Below, one piece after another: positions 11,277 through 24,230 of a stretch of DNA of 64,000 bases; positions within the stretch are counted from its first letter, which is position 1; every line of letters begins with the position of its first letter. The notes below the pieces were generated by a model. The model was given only the letters and a program-made list of their open reading frames with translations, did not search any database and was not told the origin of the DNA. The position numbers were made by a program, and so were the translations under genes. Origin of the DNA: Torpedo marmorata (Eukaryota); the NCBI GenBank assembly GCA_977017645.1, contig OZ360228.1, forward strand, positions 87,420,001-87,484,000, in the 5' to 3' direction.

Positions 11277-12260
11277 ATGACGAGACAGAATACAGCAAGT
11301 GTGATTTGTGTACAAACCTGCGTGAGAAACTACACATGTAGAGAGTGGCCCATGTTCTATCCTTCAGGGTAGTGTTCGCTGGTGAAAATCTCTGGCAATA
11401 CAGACTATTTCAGGATGAAGGAATTGTGGGAGCTGCCTAGAAACAGCATTGGCTATTAAGAAACTTTCCTTTTGATTTACAATTACCGTAGCTGGAAAGT
11501 AATGGATTTATATCATAATTATAATCATAATTGTAAACATTTATTCCAATGAAAAGAGTTGAGTTAGTAATAGGATTTTTTCATGACCCAGGAATCCTGT
11601 CAATGGCAAAGGAATCTAGAAAATCTGGCATATGCTGATACTAAGAATGTTATTGCATTTCACTGCAATCAAAAAGGATGAATTCATGAATAAAGAAAAC
11701 CAGTGACCAGCATGATGCTGCAGTGAGCATTGAATTGAGAAATATGGCAGAGATTTACTGTGGCTACTGAGAATGAATCAGTGGTCGAGAAGCTAAGTGA
11801 CCAAGAACTTGACCTCCACAGAGAGAGAGAGCTGTGTAGGTACAAAAGCATGGATGAAAGGTGTCCCAGAGACTGTCACTTATTTTTGGAATAAAGTTAT
11901 ACTGCAATATTTCCATTTACATAATGAGGAATTATACCTCAAATACTTATTTCAAATTAATGCTTTGTGGAAAATGTTTATAATATTTTCACGAAAAATA
12001 TTTTTAGGAATTTCCAATATTCAGAGCAAGAGTCATGCTTATAATACTCTGACATTTGCATCATATGACACTGACTAAAGTTTTCTTCTACAATTTTCAA
12101 GTTGCACATAAGATGATATTTATATTTTATTGTGATTACACACTTAAGTTGTGGAGAAAAGATTTATTGCTCAAATATTTATGTATCTGAGGCTGTTGAA
12201 CAGCTGGCCTCGAAATGTTATATCTCATCTCTATAAAACATTTGTTTGAATATTGTCATC

Positions 12261-12399
12261 TTTTGATTATGCACGTACGATTATGATTATGCACGTACGA
12301 TTATGATTATGCACGTACGATTATGATTATGCACGTACGTTTATGATTATGCACGTACGATTATGATTATGCACGTACGATTATGATTATGCACGTACG
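12261..12399. repeat. 20-bp minisatellite, 7 copies
   Basis: (TTATGATTATGCACGTACGA)x7, near perfect. Confidence 0.95.
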
Positions 12400-12499
12400 C
12401 TGTTTCAGAATATGAGGTGAAGGATTCAGTGCTATAAAACATCAACAGTAGATAGATTTCCAATACCAACAGGTGGTTCTAAACTCATTGAAGCTGAAG

Positions 12500-12800
12500 C
12501 TGCTTGATTTCCATGATTGGGGGTATCAAAAGCAAGAAGGCAGAGGTTTAAGGTATACGAGTTTTAAAGGGGATCTGAGAAGTTTTTTACCCGGAGATAG
12601 GTTGATATCTGGAATGCGCTGCCAGAGAAGGTGGTGGAATCAGATGCAATTACTACAATTAAGCGACATTTAAGTTGAGCTTAGATAGATGGCAGAGAAG
12701 GATATGGTCTTAACATGGGTAAATGCGATAAACTGTGGATGGGCAAAAAGATTGGCATGGGTATGGTGGGTCAAAAGCTGTACAACTCTATGACTCTATC
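12500..12800 (+). mobile_element. CR1 LINE 3' end relic
   Basis: tggaatgcgctgccagagaaggtggtggaa (WNALPEKVVE) and actctatgactctat tail. Confidence 0.7.
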
Positions 12801-13339
12801 TTAAAATATTATTTCTCGTGTTTCTGCAACTATTCATGGGCAAAAGAGTAATGATTCTCATAAAATAAAATGCACTCTTTATTTCAGAAGAATGTATCCC
12901 TCCTCCTTAGATCATGCATCAATTATTTTAGGTTAATTGGGCGTAATTGGGCGGCATGGGCTTGTGGGCCGAAATGGCCTGTTACTGTGCTGTATGTCTA
13001 AATTTATATAAATTAAAAAAAAAATTATATATAAAAAAGTAAGCCTTTTGATCTGAGAGGGAAAACAAGCTACCATTATAATAATCATAGTTTCTAGAGA
13101 TCATATGTTTTCAAAGCAATTTTGTGTATGAACAAGTTGCACCTCAATGTTTTAATTTTAAGTCAACAAGCTCTTGCCTGGTAGATTAATGAACTAGAAA
13201 TTAGTGACCATATTAGAAACAGGACAGAGTTATTTTATGTGGAGTGCCAAAACCATTATGATATAACTCCTATTTCTTTCTGCAGGTTTTGCATCACCTT
13301 ATATGATTATTAAGTATTATGAATTTAATGCTATTGCAG

Positions 13340-13392
13340 GTTCAGTCCAATGCTTAAAAGATGCTGAGACACATCCTGGAGAACATGATTCT
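13340..13392 (+). CDS. AHNAK2: AHNAK2-like coding exon (equivalent of exon 2)
   Basis: ttgcAG|...|GTaagt; 53 nt, phase 1 to 0; (G)SVQCLKDAETHPGEHDS, resembling human GSV...DDHS; phase fits the next exon. Confidence 0.65.
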
Positions 13393-14354
13393 GTAAGTAA
13401 TAAAGATAAAATAAATTGTCAGATATCTTAATTTGCCTTAGAGGTTATGTTTTATAATTTTAGCTGTGCACCATACACAGATTAGTTAGGTTAAAAAATA
13501 AATGCAAGACAATTTATCATCATAACATTTGAAATTAAATTTAACAAGTTTATTGTGAATTATATGATTTGAGAGTACACATTTACATAAATATAAATGA
13601 AAAATAACACACATGACAGAAATCTGAAAGAAAACAGAAACTGCGGTTTGACCTTCTGAGCATATCTGGCATTGCATTTCATATTTCCTTACATCACAGG
13701 TGGTTATTCAGCCCTAACCCTAATGCTAAATGACAGCTCTCAGAGCAACCCTTCCCCATTTATTTTTCTGTAATCTATTTTCTCTTTCATAACCATTATC
13801 TACTGCCTGATTCTCTTACCACCCACCTACACTAAGCGTAATTGACAGAAGCCAATTAACTAATTGGCATATTTTGGGAGCTGTGGGAAGAAATCTAGAT
13901 GAAACCCACAAGGGCACAAGGAGAACATGCAACTTTCATGCAGTGAGCAGCAGAAGTCAAGTCAGGACTGAACTCAGCCTTGATGGAGTTCTGTTTACTA
14001 TGCGACTGTGCCACCGTGTAATTACATTTAGATGAAATCATTTGCATTTTGTGTTAATTTCAGTCTATTATTTTGTTGAATATTTAACACCATTCTAGAA
14101 GTGGTGTGAAGAAGTGGCATGTAAACTTAAAAATTCATACATTGTCAGTCCTGTCAGTGATAGTTTTCAAGTTAATTTGATATTGCATTGAAATGTATAA
14201 AAAGCTTAATTTATAGATAATCTATTTCAAGATTCTGTTCACACTATCACATTTGCATGCTGTATGATCACATTTATTTTTTGAGGGTAGTTAGCATTTA
14301 ATTGAAAAGTATTCCACTTTACATATTAAGTAATGGTACATTATTTCTTCGCAG

Positions 14355-14459
14355 GTGTGTGAGTTGCCAACAGAATTTGTAGAAACTGTTAGACCAAGGC
14401 CTCAAGGATCTTCACCAGTATATGACTACTCACTGACTGAAGAATACAAGGACAGAAAC
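14355..14459 (+). CDS. AHNAK2: AHNAK2-like coding exon (exon 3 equivalent)
   Basis: cttcgcAG|...|GTatgt; 105 nt; VCELPTEFVETVRPRPQGSSPVYDYSLTEEYKDRN contains the RPRPQGSSPVY motif of the AHNAK2 N-terminus. Confidence 0.9.
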
Positions 14460-14761
14460 GTATGTATATAACAGAAAGCTGGAGCAATGAGAAGAAAACT
14501 GGTTAAAATGGGATAATCAGCAATCTGACCATGGATACAAAATCAAAGTCTATTTGCTAATGTTTTCCTTACTGTGTATTCTGTGAATAGTGATTTGTCC
14601 CAAGAACAACACATTTCGGGGGGACGTCACGTGATGGAGTAGAGTCAGGACGTAGAAACCCGACTCTCCTGGGACTGCTAAAAAAAGTTTAATTAAAAAG
14701 CGGTTTTTCAAAGTTTAAACTTCTTTAAAAGTAATATTAAAGTACTAAGGAAAAAACAAGA

Positions 14762-15882
14762 ATGCCTCCGAAGAAAGAAAAAACAATTAAAGACTTACCG
14801 AAAGCCCAACGAAGAGAGAAGACCTCGACTGCAAAAAGGCCTCGACAACAGGGAGCTGGAGTACAAACGGAGCCCCAGGAAGAGGCTCCGTTGATGGGAA
14901 CAGCTGCAGGCACCGATCCCTCCCGACGGCAAAAACATGGTGCCGGTGAGGAAATCGGGCCTGAATCGCGCATGCGCGAAACTCTGCAATTTACATCGGA
15001 AACAACGACCTCAGATCAGGGAGACACGAGCAGCTCCGATCTGGAAGACGAGGGAGACCAGCTGGAGGCCGAGGCAGTACAACAACAACCGCCGGAGAAA
15101 TTACAACAAGCATTTAAAGGTAAAGCATCAAGCACTGCAGCTATATTAGCAGCACTCAATGAATTAAAGGAAGACATGAAATATGTTAAAAAGGTGATTG
15201 ATGACATGAAAGGCTTGAAGTTAAAAGTGAACAAGATTGAAAATAAAGTTAAGAAAATAAAAGCAGAAGTGGAAACTACTGAAGAAGAGTGGAGGTAATG
15301 GAAAATAATTATACTGTTTTAGAAATGGAAAATAAGAAGCTTAAGCAGCAAATGGACATATTGGAAAATTTTAGTGGAAGAAATAATGTAAAGATCGTTG
15401 GTCTTAAAGAAGGAGAGGAGGGACAGGATATGATTGCATTTATGAAGGCTTGGATACCTGAGGTGTTGGGTGCAGATAAGTTTGAACATGAAATTGAAAT
15501 CGAAAGAGCCCACAGGGCCTTAAGAGCAAGACCATCACAAGATCAACATCCGCGTTCTATATTGGTCAAATTTTTACGATATCAAGATAGGGAGCGAGTT
15601 CTGCAGATGGCAATGGAGACGGCAAGACAGAGAGGAGGTCCTTTGATTTATAAAGCAGCCAAAGTTCTTTTCTACCCTGACATAAGTTCCGATTTGATGA
15701 AGAGGAGGAAAGAATTTAATCCAGTTAAAAAGACTCTGTGGGAGAAGGGATACAGATTTGTGCTGCGACACCCAGCGACCTTGAAGATCTTCATACCAGA
15801 CCAACAAAATAAATTCTTTACAGACTACACTTTAGCAGAGGAATTTGCTAATGAGCTGCCGCTGATTAGGGATGAGCGTTGA
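14762..15882 (+). pseudogene. L1 ORF1p (coiled coil plus RRM/CTD), one frameshift near 15290
   Basis: Track ORFs 14762-15298 and 15289-15882; motifs LENFSGRNNVKIVGL, IERAHR, PRSILVKFLRYQDRE, FYPD, PATL. Confidence 0.9.
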
Positions 15883-16309
15883 AAAATGAATGTTTTTCAT
15901 ATTGGTTAATGGAGTGATATATATCAGTTTGTAACTTGGTAAAAATGATGATAAAAGAATGTTTATGTTAAAAATGTTATACCAGGGGGGTTGGGGGGAG
16001 GAGGATGAGATCCTGATCTCTGCTACAATCATGTGTACCTTTGCGGCCAAGGTCGCGACCCGTAAAATAGAGGGGGGTAGCGCTGTATATATTAATAGCG
16101 CTAATGGGGTTGTAGTTAGACTATGTTTTCTTTTTCGCAGAGAGGGGGGAATGTATTTATCAATTGTATATTTTTCTTATATTAACTGTGTGTATTGTTG
16201 GAAGGAACACATATTGGCTCGATGGAGATTGAAGAAAGAAGTTGCGGAGGGTGAGACGGGGGTCTGGGATGGAAGGGGTAACATTAACAGGAATGAAACA
16301 TAACTAAAA

Positions 16310-19300
16310 ATGAGCAATATATTAAGATTTTTGAATTTTAATATTAATGGGATAAATGGACCAATTAAGAGGAAAAGAGTTTTAAGGATATATTAATAAA
16401 TTGGGTGTTGATGTGGCTTTTTTGCAAGAGACACATTTAACAGAGAAGGAACATTTGAAATTAAAAAGGGACTGGGTGGGGTATGTAATGGCTTCTTCAT
16501 TTAATAGTAAGGCAAGGGGTGTGGCAATTTTAATAAAAAAGAATCTTCCAATTAAGATACAAAATGTTGTGACAGACCCTGCAGGGAGATATGTAATGAT
16601 TAATTGTCAGATATATTCTGAATTTTGGACCTTTTTGAATATATATGCTCCTAATACGGACGATGATAAATTTATTCAAGAGACCTTTCTTAACTTAGCG
16701 GAAGCGCATGAAAATATTATAATAGGGGGAGATTTCAACTTTTGCTTAGATCCGGTTTTGGACAAATCTACAAGAGGAGGGAGGAGAACTAAAGCAGCAA
16801 AAGCTACTTTGGTATTAATGAATGATCTAAATTTGATTGATGCCTGGAGGAGAACTCACCCTAGAGACAAAGATTTTTCATTTTATTCTACTAGACATGA
16901 CTCTTATTCTAGAATTGATTTATTTTTAGTCTCAGCTCAAATACAAGATAGAATTTTGGAAATAGAATATAAAGCTAGAATCTTGTCTGATCACTCACCT
17001 TTATTGATGACAGTGGTTACACCTGATAAAGAGAAATCGATATACAGATGGAGACTAAATCCTTTGTTATTAAAAAGAACAGACTTTTGTGATTTTATCA
17101 GGAGGCAAATTCAAATATTTTGTGAAACAAATTTGAATTAAGTGACTGACAAATTTGTAATATGGGAAACTTTAAAAGTATTTTTAAGAGGTCAAATTAT
17201 AAGTTACTCTTCAAAAATTAAAAAAGATTACATGAAAGAAATAGATAAATTAGAAAAAGAGATAACGATTTTAGAAAAGGACTTGCAAAGGAGGAGTTCT
17301 ATAGATAAATGTAGACAATTAACTAATAAAAAGTTACAGTATAATATGTTACAGACTTATAGAATTGAAAAAACTATTACAAGAACTAAGCAAAGATATT
17401 ATGAGTTAGGTGAACGTGCACATAAAGTATTAGCAAGGCAATTAAAAACGGAGCAGGTATCAAGAACAATTAATGCAGTTAAAACTGAGGCTGATGTCAT
17501 TAGTTATAAACCTCAAACAATAAACGATTCTTTAAAAATTTTTTATTCTGATTTATATAAATCAGAATCTTTACAAGATGATAGTAAAATTGATAGTTAT
17601 TTATCACAGATAAATTTACCAAGATTAAATGCACAAGAGCGATTAGAACTAAGCACACAGTTTACACAACGGGAAGTAAAGGATGCAATTAGCTCATTAC
17701 AAAGTAATAAAGCACCGGGAGAGGATGGTTTTCCACCAGAGTTTTATAAAGAATTTAAGGAATTATTAATTCCCATTTTTATGCAAGCATCAGTGACCCA
17801 TACACTTCCAGAATCTTTCTCCATTGCAATAATTACAGTAATACCAAAGAAAGATAGAGATCCATTGAAACCTTCATCATATCGACCAATTTCATTATTG
17901 AACACTGATTATAAGATTGTGGCAAAAATTCTGGCAAATAGGATAACAAAATTTTTGCCAAAATTAGTAAATATGGATCAAACAGGCTTCATAAAAAAAG
18001 ACAAGCAGCAGATAATGTAGCAAGATTACTTAGTATCATGTATTTAGCCCAAAAAAGAAAAGTACCAAGTGTAGCAGTGGCATTAGATGCAGAGAAATCT
18101 TTTGACAGGTTGGAATGGGACTTTTTATTTAAAGTTTTGGAGAAATTTGGATTTGGGAAGACTTACATAGATTGGATTAAAGCATTATATAATGCTCCAA
18201 AAGCTAAAGTAGTGACAAATGGACAAATATCAACCCCTTTTTGTTTAACAAGATCTAGTCGGCAAGGGTGCCCATTGTCACCAGCTTTATTTGTATTAGC
18301 TATAGAACTGTTAGCAGAGGCGATTAGCAGTGATTTGGCAATCAAAGGATTTACAGTTGGTCAAGAGCAACATAAAATTAGTCTATTTGCGGATGATGTT
18401 TTAATATATTTGACAGAACCTGAGACTTCTTTGCAAAAGTTACATTTCAAACTGGAGGAATATGGAAAAGTCTCTGGATATAAGATAAATTGGGATAAAA
18501 GTGAAGTTATGCCTCTTACAGAGGGAGACTACACTGTATGTAAAAGAACTACTCAGTTTAAATGGCCACATAATGGAATAAAATATCTTGGAGTTCGGAC
18601 AGATAATAAATTAAAACATTTATATAAATGGAACTATGTACCACTACTTAATAAGATTAAGGAGGATTTAGAGAAATGGATTAATTTACCAATCACATTG
18701 ATAGGAAGAGTTAACTGTATTAAAATGAATATATTTCCAAGGATACAGTATTTGTATCAGACTATACCTATTTCATTACCACAGGTATTTTTTCAAGACT
18801 TAAATAAACAGGTGCGAAAATTTTTATGGAAAGGCAAAATGTCAAGAGTTTTGATGGAATGTTTAACATGGAAATATGAATTGGGAGGTTTGCAACTCCC
18901 TAATTTTAAGAATTATTACCGAGCGGCACAAATGCGTTTTATTGCCTCTTTTTTTGAAACTGAAGAAAGGCCTGCGTGGGTTGGAATAGAACTTGGAGAA
19001 ATAGGAGAAAAGGTACCACAAGAATTTATATATAAATGGAATTCAAAACTATTGACAGGTGTTAAAGAAACGCCATTATTAAAACATTTGATTAACGTTT
19101 GGAATAAGGTTAATGATGACATAGGGTTGAAAGGAAGTATATCACCCAAAGTGCCTTTGATACAGAATAATCTTATACCATTTACAAAAGAGAATCCTTT
19201 TTTAAATACTTGGTCATTAAAAGGAATAAAGAAGATAGAAGATTGCTATGAAGGAAATCAAATGATGTCATTTATACAATTACAGAATAAATATGGAATA

Positions 19301-20077
19301 CCTAATAATACACTTTTTTGTTATTTTCAATTAAAAGCTTATTTAAGAGAAAAACTAGGTCCGGGCTTGTTGTTACAAGATTGTAGTGAGGTAGAAACTC
19401 TCATTAGGAAAGGAAATATTAAGAAGTTTACTTCTATAGTGTATTCTTTGTTACAGAGGGGAGCTTTAAAATGAGGGCTTCATAAATCTAGACAAAGATG
19501 GGAACAAGATCTTAATGTTATAATTGATGAAACAAGATGGTCGAATCTATGTTTAGATAGTATGACCAACACTGCTAATGTAAGATATAGACTGGTACAA
19601 TACAACTTTTTACATCAATTATATTTCACACCACAAAAATTGAATAAGATAAACTCCGCGATATCAAATAGATGTTTTAGATGTGGTGAAGAAGAGGGAA
19701 CCTTTTTACATTCAACATGGTCATGTTCAAAAGTTAAAGGTTTTTGGACAGAGTTAGGAAACCGGTTAAAACAAATTACAGGTGTTACATTCCCTCAGAA
19801 TCCTGACTTATTTTTATTGGGAAACGTAGAAGGAACTAGACCAAAATTGAAATTATCTATATGGCAATTAAAATTTGTAAAAATTGCATTAGCAGTAGCA
19901 AGGAAATGTATAGCAGTAACTTGGAAGTCGGATACAAACTTAAGTATGGATAGATGGAACTCAGAGATACAGAGTTGTATTCCATTGGAAAGAATAACGT
20001 ACAACATGAGGAATAAATATGGGCTATTTTTGCAAATTTGGCGCCCATTTATCCAATTATTAGGAATGAATATTTGA
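16310..20077 (+). pseudogene. L1 ORF2p (APE endonuclease, RT, C-terminal zinc knuckle), disrupted
   Basis: Starts MSNILRFLNFNINGIN at 16310; LQETH, GGDFN, SRID, SDH; KAPGEDGF, YRPISLLN, RQGCPLSP, LFADD; CFRC..HSTWSC. Frameshifts near 16390 and 18000; in-frame stops ending at 17141 and 19474. Confidence 0.93.
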
Positions 20078-20699
20078 ATGTGTTGCCCTACATCCCAGAC
20101 CCTGCTGACTCTCTTAAATTTAAATTTAAAGAATGAACACTGTTGAACTTATTGCACCGAGCCGTGGACCTGTACAGATATATTTTCTTCCTCTCTCTCT
20201 TCTTCCTTATTCTTAGTGAGGGGAGGGGATAAGGGATGGGAAGGGTGGAGGGTGGGTTGTTTTAGTAAGGGTGGGTTTAGATGGGGTTAGAACCACGGTA
20301 ATACAAAATCTGTATGTATTGAATTTATTATTGTTCACTTTGTACCTTGTATTATTTTGTATTATTGTGAAAAATTTGAAAATTTAAAATAAAATATTAA
20401 AAAAAAAGAACAACACGTTTTGGAATTCACTCAGAAATCTGGATTGTCAGACTGTTTTGCAGTGATATTCTGGCATGCATACCAATGTGACTAAATTTCA
20501 CCAGACTAATGAGATGCTTCTATCACACTCAGGTGACTGAAAATGTTTATGCAATGGCAGAAAACTAAGGAGTCAATAGCGGCTATACTGTATAGTGAAG
20601 CAACATTTTTTTGATACACAGTATGTATTAATTTAGATCGGTTCAAAGCCTGATTAAGGTGAAGATTAATATGAGTGTTTTGGGTGCCTCTCCTGTAAA

Positions 20700-22850
20700 A
20701 TCAAATAGGACAGAAAGGGACCATTCAACCTATTGTGTCTGTTGCAACCAAGGCTGTGATGACGTTTGGAGCCGAGTGGTCTGGGCAAAACTGAGCATCA
20801 GTGAGTAGGCTTACATGAGAAAATTCCCCATGATAATACTGCCACCAACTGCTTCCATCACATGGCTGATGATTCAGAGTACACTAATTGGACCATAATT
20901 CGCCGGACTGTATTTGTCATACTTTTTGTGAACAGAACATACCTGAGCAATTTATAACATTGTTCAGTGGAAGGCAATGTTGTAACTGTATTGTAAGAAC
21001 TTATGTAGTGTCCAAGTTAGTTCTGGAACGCAATTCTTCAGTACTACAGATGTATTGTTGTCTGGGCCTGTCGTCTTTACTGTATTCAGTGTCTTTAGCC
21101 ATTTCTTGATATAATTTGGCATCAGTTAAATTGGCTGAAGACTGGTATCTGCGATGGCAGAGATCTCAGGAGGAAGCTGAGATGGATCATCCATTCAATA
21201 CTTTAAATACTCAGACTTGCCCTTTGAACTCATATGCTGGGCCCTGCCATCAAGGGGGATGGGGAACTTCTTGGATCCTCTTCCTCCCATTTGCTGTTTT
21301 ATTAGCCTCCACCATTACCAGACATTACTAGGAGTGGTAGGTCTGCAGAGCCATGATCTCTTCCATTGATTGTGAGATGGCTATGCTCTGTCTATTGCTT
21401 AAAGGCAACCACCCGTGTGTTATGGCCATTTGATACTGGTAATTCATTGCTACAAAATTTATGTCACTGCCCAAAAATATGATATACGGAATAAAATTTG
21501 CACTAACAGAACAGGTGAAAATGGTAAATAAATAAACATCTTTTTTCCAACTCACATTTCTTGATGCATGTACAGATAATGTAGCTTCGCATTACAGAAA
21601 ATCACAACATGGGCTATTTTCTAGGCAAGCAACCCCTTCGTAGTGCAGGGGTTGCCTGTACTGCTTTTGTTTTCAGTATTGAAATAGTCTAGGATTGTAG
21701 CTTCACTCGGTTGGCAGTCATCATTTTTAGTTATATACTGCTCCTAGCAAGTATTCTACACTCTTCAATAAACCATGGTTGAATCTTGGGTTGATAGTAA
21801 TTGTGGAGTGTTGTAGAGTGAGTAATATGCCAAACCATAAGAATACAGATTGTGGTTCTGTATATTTCTGCTGTTGCCAGTGGTCCACAGCACCTCATGA
21901 ATGCCCAGTTCTGAGCTCCATAAGTATGGTGCAATGGTCACTTCTACCACTGCTATCATGGACACTTGCATATGCCAAAGCTAGACTGACAAGGACAAGA
22001 TCATGTAGGATTATTCCTCATCTTGGTTAACTGACTACATACCGCAAGCTCAGTATGGTAGCTATATCTTTAATGACCTGGCCAGATCAGTCCATGATGA
22101 TATTATAAGCTACTCTTGATGACAGAAATCAAAGCCCCTCCTTGCCACCCCCTCCCAAAGTATATTCTGTGTCCTTGCTACTTTCAGTACTTCTGTGTTG
22201 TGGAACATGGCAGAGGACAGATGCATCTATGAACTGTTGTGGAGTTTGGAGCAATTCTGCGAAGTCCAAGAAATACTCTGTCCCATTTATATATTGCTAC
22301 GTTGTCATCTCTTGAGAGTTAGTTCTGGCAGCAGGATAAGATGTACCCAGGAACTGTAGGAGTCTGACACGTTGTCTATAAGGTATGATCCTATGAGTAG
22401 ATAATGGTAGAGCTCCCCCAAGTCCTCGGATTTTTATGAGGAAGACTTTACAAGGTCAACTGAGCTGGGAGTGGCTTGCCATATCTGAATTTGGTGCCTA
22501 GGTTGACAGTGGGTGATGTGTCCAGCTTTATCTGTATTAAACATTGTGCAACTGATATGCCTGACTGGCTTGTAAGGTTACTTCAGAGGGCATTTAAGAG
22601 TTAGCTACATGAAGTGGGTCAAGAGTCACATGGAGCCTGGCTTTGTAAAAAGGGCAGAATTTTTCCCGTGAAGAGCATTAGTGAGCCTGATGGGTTTTTA
22701 CAATAATCCAGTAGTATTTCATCATCTTTACAAAGAATAGTTGTGTTTTATCTTCATATTCCAAATGATTAATTAATATTAAATTCCACATCTGCCAAAT
22801 AGGGATTATGAGTCGAGGTCTTCGGTCTGGCAATTTAATTACTGCAGCAT
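20700..22850 (-). mobile_element. Old, highly decayed CR1/L2-like LINE remnants
   Basis: Patchy resemblance to antisense endonuclease/RT sequence; no long ORF; boundaries vague. Confidence 0.35.
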
Positions 22851-23525
22851 ACTTTACCCCCTGAAGGAATCCTCTCTGGACAGACAGCAGAGGAGAAAAT
22901 AACAATGTTATTTGCCATTATATCATTCGTTAATTAATTTGTATGATGCCAGAATCTGACAAAGTGTAAAACCTTTGTAATCACTGTTGTTGTGAATGTA
23001 AACATAGCAGCCATAAAAAAGTCCCATAATAAAATTAATTATTGGATAAAATATTTTATAAATATTTTGAATATGTCAAAGCAATTTTTAACTATCTCAT
23101 TTGGAATTTGAGATCTTAGTATCAGGTTGTGCCGCACAGAGTGACATCTTTGGTAAGGCATCATTCCCTTAGTACCACAATATTAGATAAGTTGATCAAG
23201 AGTTTGGAATGAAGCTAAAACAATCTACCTCCTTAAGATGTAGAAATACTACCACAGCTAACAGTCGGTGGTGATATGAAACTTACATACAGTATTTAAA
23301 TGTATTAATCTGCAGAAATCTGATTTAACAACACAGACTGTATATAATTTGTGTTTAGTTACCCTTATCAGACCACAATTTAAATTAATTCAATATATAC
23401 ATGCTAACTACAAATTAAAATGACATCAGTATAAAAAAATCAATTATGACCAGACTTTTTAACATGTAGGTTTGAAGTTTCCCTCTTATTTCAAATGGTT
23501 ACTGAATTCTCTTGTGTTTGTGCAG

Positions 23526-23633
23526 GTGCTAGAGGAAATACCAGCCAAAGTATCTACTGATATTACAGACCATAAGCAAGAATTAGAAAATTTGTCAAAG
23601 AAACAATTTCCTGCAAACATGAGTAGCAAAGTG
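23526..23633 (+). CDS. AHNAK2: AHNAK2-like coding exon (exon 4 equivalent)
   Basis: tgtgcAG|...|GTaggt; 108 nt, phase 0-0; VLEEIPAKVSTDITDHKQELENLSKKQFPANMSSKV. Confidence 0.8.
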
Positions 23634-23762
23634 GTAGGTTTATTTCATTTGCTGTCTATAATTTTCAAAGCATTGTTTCATTTGGAGACAAATGACAAAA
23701 AAAGAATGAAAATAGTGCCTCACCATTTATAGGCATTTAAACTATTTTGGGTTTTTTTTCAG

Positions 23763-23919
23763 GACGAAAAGGAAGAGGATGTTGTGGAAGTATTTGTGAA
23801 CACAGATGTTGAAAAGGGTGCAAGTGGCTTCAGTGTTAAAGGTGGAGAAAAGGATGGGATATTTATTAAACATGTTCTGAAAGAATCTCCTGCTGCAAAA
23901 CGTCTAAGTATGAGAGAAG
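23763..23919 (+). CDS. AHNAK2: AHNAK2-like exon, first half of PDZ-like domain (exon 5 equivalent)
   Basis: ttttttcAG|...|GTaaaa; 157 nt, phase 0-1; DEKEEDVVEVFVNTDVEKGASGFSVKGGEKDGIFIKHVLKESPAAKRLSMRE-G matches the periaxin/AHNAK2 PDZ pattern (GASGYSVTGGG..GIFVKQVLKDS.AAK). Confidence 0.95.
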
Positions 23920-23994
23920 GTAAAACATGGAATTTAAAATCTCAAAATAGTTTATAACCAGAAGAAATGAAGTGCTCATTTAATAGCTAAATGG

Positions 23995-24230
23995 ACTGTC
24001 CAATCCTGACTTCTGGCGCTGTCTGTGTTGAGTTTACATATTTTCACTGTAACTGCGTGGATTTTCCAGTTTCCTCCCACACCCCAAAAATTGGTTGTAG
24101 GCATGTGACTAGTGTACATTACCATTAATATTTAGGGAACTAGGTCAAGAGAAATAATTGATTAAATGGTATTGATGGAAATGCTCTGAGAGCCAGCATA
24201 GATTTCAAATAACCTCTTTTTATGTCATAA
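23995..24230 (+). mobile_element. Decayed V-SINE
   Basis: gctgtctgtgttgagtttacat...actgcgtggattttccagtttcctcccacaccccaaa, similar to 1458-1762. Confidence 0.55.

Larger units (their letters stand above)
14617..20405 (+). mobile_element. Full-length (~5.8 kb) L1-clade LINE, inactivated, intronic and sense to AHNAK2
   Basis: 15-bp TSD AAGAACAACAC(A/G)TTT (14602-14616 / 20406-20420); short 5' UTR, ORF1, spacer, ORF2, G-rich 3' UTR, AATAAA plus A tail. Confidence 0.95.

Noticed and set aside
8960-11278. 772-aa RT ORF as an active or domesticated gene
   Set aside because: 5'-truncated within the endonuclease, ATG formed at the insertion junction, catalytic FADD changed to FAND.
11290-11370. KCDLC... 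segment as AHNAK2 exon 1 (MCDCF-like)
   Set aside because: No initiating Met, a stop at 11339-11341, and it directly continues a Rex1 relic.
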